DNA of 62,155 nt, filler included, from 5 parts of 5 records of this genome joined end to end with filler, not necessarily neighbours in it, one strand, 5' to 3'; numbered from the whole stretch's first letter, positions 20,143 to 30,771 are shown. Made by a program: numbers and translations. The notes: a model not told the origin generated them from the letters alone.

Positions 20143-21405
20143 ATGAAGCCAAAGGTCAATACACTCGTTGCGCCGCCGCGCTGGATCAAACGGCCTTATC
20201 ATCGCGAATGGCTTTGGCAGCAGGCCAATAATCTGTTCGATTATTTCCAGTACCGTTCCATCAATCCGAAGGGTGGTTTCTACGAGTTCGATGTTGACGG
20301 CAAGCCGTTGCAAACGGAAAACCCGACCCGCGGCATCCACACGACCACCCGAATGGTCCATTGCATGGCAATTGGTCATCTCCTTGGCAGGCCCGGATGT
20401 GATGACCTCCTCAATCACGGAATGAACTATCTCTGGGAAAATCACCGCGACCAGAAAAACGGCGGTTACTTCTGGCAGGTCAACGATGATGGCCCTCTCG
20501 GTGAACCCACAAAGCAGGCCTATGGTCATGCCTTTGTTCTGCTGGCCGCATCTTCAGCCAAGTTTGCGGGTCATCCTCTTGCGGATGCGATGATCGCTGA
20601 TGTCACCGAAGTCATCAAGGAACGCTTCTGGGAAGAGAAATACGGCGCTGTTGCTGAAGAATTCGAAACCGACTGGTCGCCCGTTCCCGGCTATCGCGGC
20701 CAGAACTGCAACATGCATATGACCGAAGCACTCATGGAAGCTTATGAGGTTACCGGCGATGTGCAGTATCTGACCATGGCCAAACAGATTGCAGAGTTGA
20801 TCATCAACACCCACGCCAAGGCATGTGACTATCGTGTTCCTGAGCATTTTACTGAAAACTGGCAGGTGGATTACAGCTATTCAGGCAATGAAATGTTCCG
20901 GCCAGCCGGAACAACCCCAGGTCACTGGCTCGAATGGACCCGGCTTCTGCTGCAACTCCATACTCTGACCGGACGCAGCCATCCCTGGATGCCGAAGGCA
21001 GCACAGGAGTTGTTCAAGTCTGCTTTCAAGTATGGCTGGGACTTCGAGAAAAAGGGCCTTTACTACACGCTTGACTGGAACAACCAGCCTGCCAACAGTT
21101 CTAAGCTGTGGTGGCCACACTGCGAAGGCATTGGCGCCACGCACTTCCTGACGCAGCATTTCGGCGACAACATGCACATGCTGGCATATCGCCGGCAGTG
21201 GAGTTTTGTCGCCAGCCACCTGCTGGACCATGAAAAAGGCGGATGGCACGAAGAGCTGACAGATGATCTGGTACCGTCACACACGATCTTTCCGGGCAAG
21301 AGCGATATCTACCATGCGCTTCAGGCCTGCCTGATCCCGCTTTATCCAGCGTTGGGCAGTGTTCCGGAAATGATTTTCCGCGACATCAAACACGATCTGG
21401 CCTGA
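20143..21405 (+). CDS. AGE family epimerase/isomerase (YihS / mannose isomerase-like)
   Basis: KQAYGHAFVLLA, GQNCNMHMTEA, TPGHWLEW, WWPHCE and KSDIYH motifs; GGAGG RBS. Confidence 0.88.
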   Translation: MKPKVNTLVAPPRWIKRPYHREWLWQQANNLFDYFQYRSINPKGGFYEFDVDGKPLQTENPTRGIHTTTRMVHCMAIGHLLGRPGCDDLLNHGMNYLWENHRDQKNGGYFWQVNDDGPLGEPTKQAYGHAFVLLAASSAKFAGHPLADAMIADVTEVIKERFWEEKYGAVAEEFETDWSPVPGYRGQNCNMHMTEALMEAYEVTGDVQYLTMAKQIAELIINTHAKACDYRVPEHFTENWQVDYSYSGNEMFRPAGTTPGHWLEWTRLLLQLHTLTGRSHPWMPKAAQELFKSAFKYGWDFEKKGLYYTLDWNNQPANSSKLWWPHCEGIGATHFLTQHFGDNMHMLAYRRQWSFVASHLLDHEKGGWHEELTDDLVPSHTIFPGKSDIYHALQACLIPLYPALGSVPEMIFRDIKHDLA

Positions 21406-21429
21406 GTTCGGTTCAAGCTTTGGAATTTC

Positions 21430-21463
21430 GCGGCGGGCCTCCCGGAGACCCGCCGCTTTTCTT
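21430..21463 (+). terminator. intrinsic terminator
   Basis: GCGGCGGG...CCCGCCGC stem followed by TTTTCTT. Confidence 0.8.
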
Positions 21464-21573
21464 CACCGGCCCAACTCCCCCGAAAAGACAGTTGAACCTG
21501 CCACCACAGCATTATAAACAAGGCCAGAACATTGGGGCCTTGCCCGTCGCGTTTTCATGCGGAAGGATCAATT

Positions 21574-22506
21574 ATGGCAGCGAAAATCTTTGTCGATGGC
21601 GAACATGGTACGACCGGCCTGCAGATCCGCACACGCCTGGCGGAACGCCCTGATTTGGAAATGTTATCGATACCGGCTGAAGAACGGCGTAACGCCGCCC
21701 TGCGCGAAGATTTTCTGAACAAAGCCGATGTTGCGATCCTGTGCCTGCCTGACGATGCCTCACGCGAGGCGGTCGCCATGCTCGAAGGCAATAACAGCAC
21801 GCGAGTGATCGATACGTCGACTGCCTACCGGACCCATCCGAACTGGGCCTATGGTTTCGCCGAAATGGACAAGGGGCAGGCCGAAAAGATTCGTGCGGCC
21901 ATGCATGTAGCCAATCCGGGCTGCTATCCCACGGGCGCAGTCGGCCTGATCCGCCCTCTAAAAGCCGCTGGCATTATTCCCGATGATTACCCGGTTACCG
22001 TCAATGCGGTATCCGGTTATACCGGTGGCGGGAAAAACCTGATCGCACAGATGGAAGACAAGAATCGTGACGATTATCTGGATATCCCGCATTTTCTGTA
22101 CGGCCTTAACCTGTCGCACAAACACGTGCCGGAGATGCAGCAGCACGGACTTCTGACGCGCGCGCCGGTTTTCTCCCCCTCCGTCGGGCGTTTTCCGCAG
22201 GGCATGATTGTGCAGGTTCCGCTCTATCTCGAATCGCTTGAAGGCAATCAGACGATGGAAAGCATTCATGCGATGCTCACCGCTCATTATGCCGGTCAAA
22301 CGATTGTGGACGTGGTGCCGCTTGCAGAAAGCACGGCCCTGCCCCGCCTTAACGCTGAGGCGCTGGCCGGACAGGACATCATGAAAATCTACGTATTCGG
22401 CACGCCCGATAGTGCATATGTCAATCTGGTCGCGCTGCTTGATAATCTCGGCAAGGGCGCATCGGGTGCGGCCGTTCAGAACATGGATCTGATGCTCTCG
22501 GCCTGA
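21574..22506 (+). CDS. argC: N-acetyl-gamma-glutamyl-phosphate reductase (type 2)
   Basis: [21 protein letters not shown] and DNLGKGASG motifs. Confidence 0.95.
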   Translation: MAAKIFVDGEHGTTGLQIRTRLAERPDLEMLSIPAEERRNAALREDFLNKADVAILCLPDDASREAVAMLEGNNSTRVIDTSTAYRTHPNWAYGFAEMDKGQAEKIRAAMHVANPGCYPTGAVGLIRPLKAAGIIPDDYPVTVNAVSGYTGGGKNLIAQMEDKNRDDYLDIPHFLYGLNLSHKHVPEMQQHGLLTRAPVFSPSVGRFPQGMIVQVPLYLESLEGNQTMESIHAMLTAHYAGQTIVDVVPLAESTALPRLNAEALAGQDIMKIYVFGTPDSAYVNLVALLDNLGKGASGAAVQNMDLMLSA

Positions 22507-22599
22507 CCATTTGGTGAACGATGCGTCGACCGTATGGCGCATCGAAGATTTCACGCGCCATCGCTATATTGTTTTCAATAGACGATAGCGAGGTTTGTG

Positions 22600-23433
22600 A
22601 TGACCGATACCAAAAGACTTCCCGTTTTCTTTATCCCGCATGGCGGTGGCCCCTGGCCCTTTATGCACAGCTCTGACGGCATCCTTGCAGATGATGACCC
22701 ATGGAAAGAGCTTCAGGATTTTTTGCAAGGTTTCGATAAAGCGCTTGGACGTCGCCCCAAGGCCGTTCTTGTGATTTCCGCGCATTGGGAAAAGGTCGAT
22801 ATGCTGGCGGTTTCCACAGCCCAACGACCGGGTATGCTCTTTGATTATCTCGGCTTTCCGCAGCACACATACGAGCTTGACTATCCAGCGCCCGGCGCAC
22901 CGGATGTAGCCCGGCATGTGCGCGATGTTCTGAAGGCAGCGGGCATTGAAACCAGAGCTGATTGTGAGCGCGGCTATGACCACGGCGTCTTTATTCCATT
23001 CATGCAGATGTACCCGGATGCCGATGTACCGCTGGTCATGATGTCGCTCGATCCAGACCTCACCGCTGAAACTCATTTCCGGATCGGCCAGGCGCTCGAA
23101 GGTCTTCGCGATGAGGATATTCTTGTCGTTGCTTCAGGCCTTTCCTACCACAATATGCGTATGTTCTTTCGCAAAGATGCAAAACACGCCGAACAGGCAG
23201 AGCGGTTCGACAACTGGCTTTCAGAGACCATTTCGATCCCGTCTCAAGATTCACGATTGTCGGAGCTTTCAAAATGGAAAGACAATCCCGATGCCGCCGC
23301 CGCTCATCAGCCGGATCATGACCATCTTGTGCCGGTTTTCGTCGCCGCCGGTGCGGCAGGTTCCGATCCGGGCAAGGTCATTTTCAAGGGTAATTTTCTG
23401 GGCAAGCCCTATTCAGCCTTCAGGTTCGGCTGA
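22600..23433 (+). CDS. class III extradiol dioxygenase (DODA/LigB/YgiD-like)
   Basis: HGGGPWP, ISAHWE, DHG, SGLSYHN and DHLVP motifs. Confidence 0.88.
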   Translation: MTDTKRLPVFFIPHGGGPWPFMHSSDGILADDDPWKELQDFLQGFDKALGRRPKAVLVISAHWEKVDMLAVSTAQRPGMLFDYLGFPQHTYELDYPAPGAPDVARHVRDVLKAAGIETRADCERGYDHGVFIPFMQMYPDADVPLVMMSLDPDLTAETHFRIGQALEGLRDEDILVVASGLSYHNMRMFFRKDAKHAEQAERFDNWLSETISIPSQDSRLSELSKWKDNPDAAAAHQPDHDHLVPVFVAAGAAGSDPGKVIFKGNFLGKPYSAFRFG

Positions 23434-23444
23434 TGCCAAAGCAG

Positions 23445-23477
23445 AAAAGAACGGGGATCGGCACCTCACCCCCGTTC
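23445..23477 (-). terminator. terminator between convergent genes
   Basis: GAACGGGG...CCCCGTTC stem with a T-tract on the minus strand. Confidence 0.55.
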
Positions 23478-23483
23478 AAAATA

Positions 23484-24575
23484 TCAGGCGATCTCAAAAG
23501 CCGGTCTGCGATAGGCGCGAAGATGCGTCGTTACGAGCGCAAGCACCAGTATGGCAAAGCCCTGATGTGAAAGCGCCAACCACAGCGGCACATGCATTAT
23601 GAGTGTAAGAATACCAAGCGCTGCCTGAATCGTCACCGCAACAAGTATGATCAGTGCGCCGCGGGCATGTTGTGAAAGTTCCAGATCAAGACCGCGTGCC
23701 ACAGCCCCTCGCCATTCCACCAGAAAATGCACCAGTGCCAGCAGGAACAGTACATAGCCGCCGATACGATGGGTAAACTGAACCGTTTTCGGATTTTCAA
23801 AGAAATTGATGAAGGCAGGTTGCTGCAAGAGAAGGTCCGACGGGATAACAGCTCCGTCCATCAACGGCCAGGTATTATAGGAGAAACCAGCATCCAGACC
23901 GGCAACCAATGCGCCAAGATATATCTGAACGAAGGTCGCTATCAGCAGGAAGGCTGCAACAGTATACGAAATACCCGTCGGCGGCGCCTCGTTTTTCCGG
24001 GGCTTCAGGCCGCTTGCAATATAGATGCAGGAAGCGAAAATCAGACAGGCCATGATCAGATGCACCGCAAGGCGGTACTGGCTGACATCTGTGCGCTCGA
24101 CCAGTCCGGAAGATACCATCCACCAACCAATGAAGCCCTGAAGGCCGCCCAGTGCCAGAACACCCAGAAGCGGCCAGCCCAACCCTTTTCTCAATCGGCC
24201 AGAGGCCCAGAAATAAAGAAGCGGTACGGCAAATATGAAACCGATGGAACGCGCCAGAAAACGATGCGCCCATTCCCACCAAAACAGTGTTTTGAAGCTC
24301 TCCAGCGTCATTCCGTGATTCAGTTGCTGATATTCCGGGATACGCTTGTAGAGATCGAACTCTTCCTGCCACTGCTGAAGGTTAAGTGGCGGAATAACCC
24401 CATGGATCGGCTTCCATTCCGTAATAGACAGGCCGGAGTTGGTAAGCCGTGTAGCGCCACCCACCAACACAAGACAGAAGAGCGTCAACACGACAAAATA
24501 AAGCCACGCCCGCACGGCTGCGGCATTCTTCCTCTGTTCACTTTCGGTCCAGACCGCCGTTTTTCCAAACGCCAT
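23484..24575 (-). CDS. ctaA: heme A synthase (COX15/CtaA)
   Basis: GGATRLTNSGLSITEW, WEWAHR, GWWMVSSGL and LVAGLDAG motifs. Confidence 0.93.
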   Translation of the reverse strand: MAFGKTAVWTESEQRKNAAAVRAWLYFVVLTLFCLVLVGGATRLTNSGLSITEWKPIHGVIPPLNLQQWQEEFDLYKRIPEYQQLNHGMTLESFKTLFWWEWAHRFLARSIGFIFAVPLLYFWASGRLRKGLGWPLLGVLALGGLQGFIGWWMVSSGLVERTDVSQYRLAVHLIMACLIFASCIYIASGLKPRKNEAPPTGISYTVAAFLLIATFVQIYLGALVAGLDAGFSYNTWPLMDGAVIPSDLLLQQPAFINFFENPKTVQFTHRIGGYVLFLLALVHFLVEWRGAVARGLDLELSQHARGALIILVAVTIQAALGILTLIMHVPLWLALSHQGFAILVLALVTTHLRAYRRPAFEIA

Positions 24576-24837
24576 ACATCCAACTCCGTTCACCATCGTG
24601 GCCGAGTGGTCCGATTCCAACATTTGGTTCCTATCGCGGCAACCTCATCAGCAAATGTCATAATCACAGAAACCACTAGCAAGTATATGTTTTCTAATGG
24701 AATTTTAGAACTTGAAATTTGATAAGCGAGGTCGCTGAAACGGGACCCAAATGTCAAATTCATTCCACTAGTGCTCTTCACACTGCCGGAACATCGGCTT
24801 AGTCTCGATGCTCAGTATTAAGGGGGGATTCGGTTCT

Positions 24838-25053
24838 GTGCCAGTCAGATTGCGCAAATTTCTGGGAACCATCGTAATTGTCGCACTTGTGGTCATCTAT
24901 GCACTGATAGCAACCACGGTCGCGACTTTGCTGCTTGGCGATCAACCCTGGTGGATTGCCCTGCTCTATTTCTTCCTCACCGGTCTTTTATGGATTCTAC
25001 CGGCGATGGTCATCATCAAATGGATGGCGGGGCCACCTGCAGATCGTCTGTAG
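24838..25053 (+). CDS. DUF2842-like small membrane protein
   Basis: GTG start, (M)PVRLRKFLG...GLLWILPAMVIIKWM, two TM helices, divergent from ctaA. Confidence 0.8.
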   Translation: MPVRLRKFLGTIVIVALVVIYALIATTVATLLLGDQPWWIALLYFFLTGLLWILPAMVIIKWMAGPPADRL

Positions 25054-25086
25054 GTCGTGCACTTTCGATCAATTTCCCTGCAAAAC

Positions 25087-25111
25087 GGAACTGACTGATT
25101 TTTCCGGCATT
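25087..25111 (+). promoter_or_regulatory. EcfG/RpoE2 (general stress sigma) type promoter
   Basis: GGAAC-N18-TT (GGAACtgactgatttttccggcaTT), about 50 nt upstream of ATG 25163. Confidence 0.55.
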
Positions 25112-25162
25112 GAAATGAGTGTAAGTTCTTTCAATCAGGCAACACCAAAGGAAGCTCGCACC

Positions 25163-25453
25163 ATGATTTCGCCGAAACAACTTCGCGCTGCCCGCGCCTT
25201 GCTTGGATTGTCCGATACCGATTTCGCTGCCAGGGCGGGTATCACCGCCGACGCTCTCCACGCCGCGGAAGCAGAAGGCAGCTCTTACAATCAGGCGATT
25301 GCCGACCAGCTTAACACCACACTCAATCAATTGGGTATAGCACTTATCGCCGATGGCGAAGGCGGCGGTGGACCGGGTGTCCGACTAAAACAGCCGCATG
25401 AAGCGGAAGTTGGAATACGACCGGAAGATCTAAACGCCACCAATGACGACTGA
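25163..25453 (+). CDS. XRE-like helix-turn-helix protein
   Basis: MISPKQLRAARALLGLS...GPGVRLK pattern, 96 aa, AAGGA RBS. Confidence 0.75.
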   Translation: MISPKQLRAARALLGLSDTDFAARAGITADALHAAEAEGSSYNQAIADQLNTTLNQLGIALIADGEGGGGPGVRLKQPHEAEVGIRPEDLNATNDD

Positions 25454-25484
25454 CACGCTTCAAAATAGCCGGAGGTAGACGGCT

Positions 25485-25934
25485 TCAGGCCTTTTTCTGC
25501 CAACGGCCATCTGGACCCTGCTGCCAGTAGGTCAGGCTGTGTGCGCCGCTTTTCAAGGTTTTCCAGTTTTCACGCGCTCGACTCAATTCATTGTTGTCAT
25601 GCCCGTCAAACATGACCACGACACGCTGATAGCGTTCAATATCGGCCACCTCAGCGGCCTCGACAAAGAACCGAATGTCGGCGCCGTTGATGTTCTGCAC
25701 CTCTGTGGTCAACAGCACAGGCTGGTCTTTCGCGCCCTCTTCGCTGCCAAGGCCGTGCGGAATGAAGCTGTCGGCCCGAAACGTCCACAACAACTGATCG
25801 AGCCGATCGCACTCCACCTCGCTGGCTGCCTGCACAATTACGCGCCAGCCACGCTCGACACTTTTTTCCACCAGCGGTGGAAGCGCGGCTTCAAGCTTTG
25901 ACTCGGTCAGGTGATAAAACAGAACCTCAGTCAT
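25485..25934 (-). CDS. holC: DNA polymerase III chi subunit
   Basis: EVLFYHL and LDQLLWTFRADSFIPH; lies downstream of pepA. Confidence 0.93.
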   Translation of the reverse strand: MTEVLFYHLTESKLEAALPPLVEKSVERGWRVIVQAASEVECDRLDQLLWTFRADSFIPHGLGSEEGAKDQPVLLTTEVQNINGADIRFFVEAAEVADIERYQRVVVMFDGHDNNELSRARENWKTLKSGAHSLTYWQQGPDGRWQKKA

Positions 25935-25956
25935 GAAGCCACTCCTTCAACCACGG

Positions 25957-27450
25957 TCAGGCCTTGTCTTCGTAATGGGCGCGAACAAGTTCATCGAGCA
26001 AGCGAACGCCAAAACCGGAGGCCCAGCCACGGCTGATTTCCGTCTTGGGTGAACTCATCGCCGTGCCTGCAACATCCAGGTGCGCCCAGGGCGTATCTCC
26101 AACGAAGCGCTGAAGAAATTGTGCAGCCGTTATCGACCCAGCCAGACGAGACCCGCCTGTATTCCGCATATCTGCGAACCGGCTGTCGACCATCTTGTCG
26201 TATTCGTCGCCAAGCGGAAGGCGCCACAGCTTTTCAGCAGTTTTATAGCCAGCTTCGGATAGCTCACCGGCGAGCGTGTCGTCATTGCTGAAAAGACCTG
26301 CATGATGGGCACCAAGCGCAATCAGAACAGCACCGGTCAAAGTTGCCAGATCGATCATGAAACGCGGCTTGAAACGCTCGTTGGTATACCAAAGCGCATC
26401 AGCCAGAACGAGACGGCCTTCCGCATCGGTATTGATAACCTCAATCGTCTGTCCCGACATTGATGTCACGATATCACCGGGTCGCTGGGCATTCCCGTCC
26501 GGCATATTCTCCACCAGGCCGAGAATACCAACTGCATTGACCTTGGCTTTGCGGCCAGCCAACGCGTGCATCAATCCAATGACAGCGGCGGCCCCGCCCA
26601 TATCGCCTTTCATGTCTTCCATGGAGGCGGCGGGTTTGATGGAAATGCCACCAGTGTCGAAAACAACACCTTTTCCGACAAAGGCAACCGGGGCCTCATC
26701 TGTACTTCCGCCATTCCACTGAATCACGGCTAGATAGGGCGGACGAACCGAGCCTTGCGCTACCCCCAGAAGTGCGCCCATGCCGAGTTCTTCCATCTGG
26801 TCACGGTCGAGAATTTCAACCTCGGCGCCAAGTTCCTTGAGTTCAAGCGCCTTGTCAGCAAATTCGCGTGGACCAAGAATATTGGCAGGGAGATTGACCA
26901 TATCACGGGCCAGAAGCACGCCTTCACCTATGGCCTTGCGGTCTTCAAAGACGCGTGTGGCTTCACTCGCTGCTACCGTGATAATCCTGACACCGATCTC
27001 GCTGGCTGGTTCCACCTCATCGCGGGATTTTGTCTTGAACCGATCAAAACGATAACCACCAAGCAGCATGCCGAGCGCAAAATCAGCTGCGTTGGCGGCG
27101 CTGCATTTCGTCCCTGGCGCATCCAAGTATATAACCAGATTCTCTGATTTTCCAGCAAGGGAAGCGGCTTTACCGCCGATACGCATCCAGTCGTATCCAT
27201 TGGCCTGATCGGCGTCGCCAAATCCAAGCAGGCAAAGGCGATCAGCCTTGCTTTCGGCAGGAGCGAGAAGATCGAGTGTACTGCAAAGCCCGGCTTTAAA
27301 ACCCGCGGTTTCCGCGGCGCGAACGATCACTGCATCCATGCCTTCACCAAGCGAGGATAGCCCGGCAGGTTTACCATCCTTGGCGACAAGAGCCATAGCG
27401 GTTGCCCCCGCGATATCGGCCTCACTGGCAAAGGAAATCGAAAAATTCAT
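25957..27450 (-). CDS. pepA: leucyl aminopeptidase
   Basis: VGKGVVFDTGG, MKGDMGGAA and NTDAEGRL motifs. Confidence 0.95.
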   Translation of the reverse strand: MNFSISFASEADIAGATAMALVAKDGKPAGLSSLGEGMDAVIVRAAETAGFKAGLCSTLDLLAPAESKADRLCLLGFGDADQANGYDWMRIGGKAASLAGKSENLVIYLDAPGTKCSAANAADFALGMLLGGYRFDRFKTKSRDEVEPASEIGVRIITVAASEATRVFEDRKAIGEGVLLARDMVNLPANILGPREFADKALELKELGAEVEILDRDQMEELGMGALLGVAQGSVRPPYLAVIQWNGGSTDEAPVAFVGKGVVFDTGGISIKPAASMEDMKGDMGGAAAVIGLMHALAGRKAKVNAVGILGLVENMPDGNAQRPGDIVTSMSGQTIEVINTDAEGRLVLADALWYTNERFKPRFMIDLATLTGAVLIALGAHHAGLFSNDDTLAGELSEAGYKTAEKLWRLPLGDEYDKMVDSRFADMRNTGGSRLAGSITAAQFLQRFVGDTPWAHLDVAGTAMSSPKTEISRGWASGFGVRLLDELVRAHYEDKA

Positions 27451-27651
27451 GATAAAAACTCCAAATTCTGATAGCCGCTTTTGCAGGTGAACGAATCCCG
27501 TCCGGCGGGTATTGCAAATGTCTAAGCGTTGTTATCACAACTTAGCAAGGACGGTTGACCACAACGCAAGAACACTTAAAAACTGAAGGCAAAAGCCGCC
27601 CGCTGATCAGGGCCGTACCATTTCCTTCGCTTCAGGTGAGGACGACCCGAG

Positions 27652-28455
27652 TTGCAAAGCCTTCTCCCACATGCTGCCTGCCGCAAACTGGCAACGCAGC
27701 TTCAATCAATGCCGCCACTGACGACCGCTTTCTGGAGCCTGTTTATGCTGTGGTGGGGCCTGCTGGCACTGTTTTATATGTTCCCTGGCATCGACATCAC
27801 TGCATCACGGAACTTTTTTGTACAAACAATTTGCAGCAATGGCGAACCGGCAGGCACGATTTGCGGAGGCTTTCCTATTGCCAAGAATAAGGCGCTAGAG
27901 TTACTTCGCAGCGTTTACTTTTATCTTCCTGTTATTGTTGGACTTTATGTAATATACAAACTCATCGTAGCTTGGTCGCATCATGGTGCAAGCTATGATA
28001 AGAAGCTCACCAACCGTCTGCTTGCTGGCCTGATTTCACTGATCCTAGGTCCGGGACTCTTGGTCAATGAAGTCCTGAAGAGCATTTCGCACCGGCCCCG
28101 CCCACGCAACACCGATTTCTTCGGAGGCGACCTGGCCTTCTTCCGGGCTGGGGATTTTGGCGGCGCATGTGGCTCGAACTGTTCATTTGTCTCCGGTGAG
28201 GCTGCCGGAGCCGGATGGCTCTTCTGCTTTGCTGTTTTTCTGATACCGGCAAAGTATCGCCCGTTGCTCATGCCGCTGTTCATTGCGATTTCTTTGACCA
28301 TGCCTGTCATGCGCCTTGCCTATGGCGGTCACTATCTCTCTGATATTTTGTTGGGCTGGCTCTCGTCAGTGGTCATATTCATCGGTATTCTCTCTTTATT
28401 TACCAAAAATGAAACCAAATCGGCGCATCGGGGGACCAGCCCGTTGCAAAGATGA
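27652..28455 (+). CDS. PAP2 family membrane phosphatase (possible lipid A phosphatase)
   Basis: KSISHRPRP, CSFVSGE and RLAYGGHYLSD motifs; start uncertain (TTG 27652 or ATG 27709). Confidence 0.8.
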   Translation: MQSLLPHAACRKLATQLQSMPPLTTAFWSLFMLWWGLLALFYMFPGIDITASRNFFVQTICSNGEPAGTICGGFPIAKNKALELLRSVYFYLPVIVGLYVIYKLIVAWSHHGASYDKKLTNRLLAGLISLILGPGLLVNEVLKSISHRPRPRNTDFFGGDLAFFRAGDFGGACGSNCSFVSGEAAGAGWLFCFAVFLIPAKYRPLLMPLFIAISLTMPVMRLAYGGHYLSDILLGWLSSVVIFIGILSLFTKNETKSAHRGTSPLQR

Positions 28456-28546
28456 AAAATCAACACATTCTTCAACACCTTTGCGGTTTAAGAAATAAGA
28501 GCATAATACCACGCTCGAGTCTGGCAAAGTTTTTACCAAGGCGCCG

Positions 28547-29701
28547 ATGAAGATACTGGAACGATACATATTTTCGCGCGTAGCGCGCATGTTCCTGGCA
28601 ACGCTGGTGCCGGTGATTGCAATCCTGTGGCTGACGCAGGTTCTTGGCCGGATTGATCTTGTGACGGATAGCGGCCAGTCGATCATGTCGTTTATCACGC
28701 TGGCGACCTTGATCCTGCCAACCGTCATACCGACCGTCCTTCCTTTTGCAGTGGTGCTTGGCACGGCACAGACGCTGACTTCGATGAACAACGATTCGGA
28801 GCTGGCGGTCATCGATGCTGGCGGCGCCGCCCGATCAGTTGTTTACAAGCCGGTATTGCTGTTTGCCCTTTTGCTTTGTGCATTTTCTTTCGTTCTGGAT
28901 AACTATATCGAGCCGAAATCCCGTGCGCAGGCACGTGTTGTCATTGCATCGGTTTACGCCGATCTGCTTTCCTCTGTTATCGAAGAAAAGACATTCCGCG
29001 AAGTCGAGGATGGCCTCTTCATCCAGATATCGCAACGCATGTCAGGACGCGTGCTCAGCGGTCTTTTTGTCGCAGATTACCGCGAGCCGGAAAACTCATA
29101 CATCTATTATGCCAAGGAAGGTGCTGTTGATCAGGGCGGCAGCCAGTTGATCATGAAGGACGGTCAGGTGCAGCGTGAAGATGCAAGCGGCAACGTCTCC
29201 ATCGTCCAATTTGATTCCTACAGTTTCGATCTATCAGCGCTGACGGAAGACCGCAGCCAGACCAGTCGGCGCGCAACAGACCGCAGCCTTGCCTATCTAC
29301 TCAACCCTCCGCAAGATGACCCTGATTACCTAAAAAATCCAGGTGCTTATAACGCAGAACTAACACGGCGCCTTACCGATTGGACACTTCCATTAACATA
29401 CGCGATTTTCACAATACTGATTGTCGGTGATGCACGCTCGCATCGTGAGCGGCGTGTGCCGCCCATGGCAAGCGCCTTTGGACTGGCGCTTGCATTGCGT
29501 CTTGCCTCTCACTTCAGCGCCAATCAGGGTGAAAACGATCCGGTACTAATTTACGTAACCTACGCTATAGCTGTCTTAACGCTTCTTCTGGCGTTCTATC
29601 TGCTGCTGAAACCCCGTCGCGCACGGCGGGGCACCTCTATTCCTGCCAGGCTTGCGCGGATGCTGAAAGGCAATCCACCTCAGGGAGGTGCCGCCCGATG
29701 A
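28547..29701 (+). CDS. lptF: LPS export permease LptF
   Basis: ILERYIF and MNNDSELAVI; first gene of the lptFGD-surA-pdxA-rsmA run. Confidence 0.88.
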   Translation: MKILERYIFSRVARMFLATLVPVIAILWLTQVLGRIDLVTDSGQSIMSFITLATLILPTVIPTVLPFAVVLGTAQTLTSMNNDSELAVIDAGGAARSVVYKPVLLFALLLCAFSFVLDNYIEPKSRAQARVVIASVYADLLSSVIEEKTFREVEDGLFIQISQRMSGRVLSGLFVADYREPENSYIYYAKEGAVDQGGSQLIMKDGQVQREDASGNVSIVQFDSYSFDLSALTEDRSQTSRRATDRSLAYLLNPPQDDPDYLKNPGAYNAELTRRLTDWTLPLTYAIFTILIVGDARSHRERRVPPMASAFGLALALRLASHFSANQGENDPVLIYVTYAIAVLTLLLAFYLLLKPRRARRGTSIPARLARMLKGNPPQGGAAR

Positions 29702-30771
29702 TCTTCTCGACACTCGGCCGCTATTTCCTGAGAACCTATCTGATCACGCTCGGCTGGTTTTTCTTCGGCGTCATATCGATTATCTATCTGATCGATTTCA
29801 GCGAAGTCGTAGGCAATATCTCTGCCGTTGCTGGCCAGGGGATCGTTGACGCTCTTTTGATCACAGCCTTGCGGCTTCCATATATTTTTCAGCAGACCGT
29901 GCCCTTCGTCGCACTGTTTGCAGGTATGGTTACGCTGATCGCGCTCAATCGCCGCTATGAACTGGTGGTCACTCGCGCTGCAGGAATCTCTGTCTGGCAG
30001 TTTATGCTTCCCTTCGTCACAGGGGCTTTCCTGCTTGGGCTTTTCAGCATTCTGGCGCTTAATCCTCTTGCATCATGGAGCCAGCAGAAGGCAACGTCCC
30101 TGCAGTCGATCGGCGGCAATGGCAGCAATGATACGATTCCGTGGCTACGCCAGCGCACAAACGGCCAGGACACCATTATTGGCGGCCGTACAATAACGGG
30201 AAACGGAAAGCAGCTTGTTGAGGCAGTCGTGATTTATTTTGGTGATCAGGGACAGATTACCAAGCGACTGGACGCTCGCACGGCGACTTTGAACAACGGC
30301 TGGTGGAACCTTGAAGACGTCACGGAGATCGTTCCAGGTGACCTGACGACTCAAATGGATACGGCTCGGGTCAAAACCAATCTTGAAGAGAAGTTTGTCC
30401 AACAGAGATTGCTTCAGGCTGATCTGGTTAATTTCTATGATCTTCCGGGCAGCATCGCCGAGGGACAGAGGTTCGGTGTATCCACCAAAGCCCTTGAGAC
30501 TCAGTATAACTACTTGCTTTCCCTGCCATTACTTATGGTTGCAATGACGTTGATAGCAGCAACCGTTTGTCTGAAATTTTCACGGTTCTCTCAGTCCCCG
30601 GTGGTGATTCTGGGTGGAATCCTGTCGGGCTTTCTGCTTTATGTCACCAGTGTACTCGTTAAAGCATTTGGCAGTAGCGGCGTCCTGCCGCCGCTTATCG
30701 CGGCCTGGATACCAGTGATTGTCGCCATGGCATTGGGATTGACTATTTTGTTGCATCAGGAGGATGGTTAG
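29698..30771 (+). CDS. lptG: LPS export permease LptG
   Basis: ELVVTRAAGISVWQ and C-terminal LLHQEDG. Confidence 0.9.
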   Translation: MIFSTLGRYFLRTYLITLGWFFFGVISIIYLIDFSEVVGNISAVAGQGIVDALLITALRLPYIFQQTVPFVALFAGMVTLIALNRRYELVVTRAAGISVWQFMLPFVTGAFLLGLFSILALNPLASWSQQKATSLQSIGGNGSNDTIPWLRQRTNGQDTIIGGRTITGNGKQLVEAVVIYFGDQGQITKRLDARTATLNNGWWNLEDVTEIVPGDLTTQMDTARVKTNLEEKFVQQRLLQADLVNFYDLPGSIAEGQRFGVSTKALETQYNYLLSLPLLMVAMTLIAATVCLKFSRFSQSPVVILGGILSGFLLYVTSVLVKAFGSSGVLPPLIAAWIPVIVAMALGLTILLHQEDG

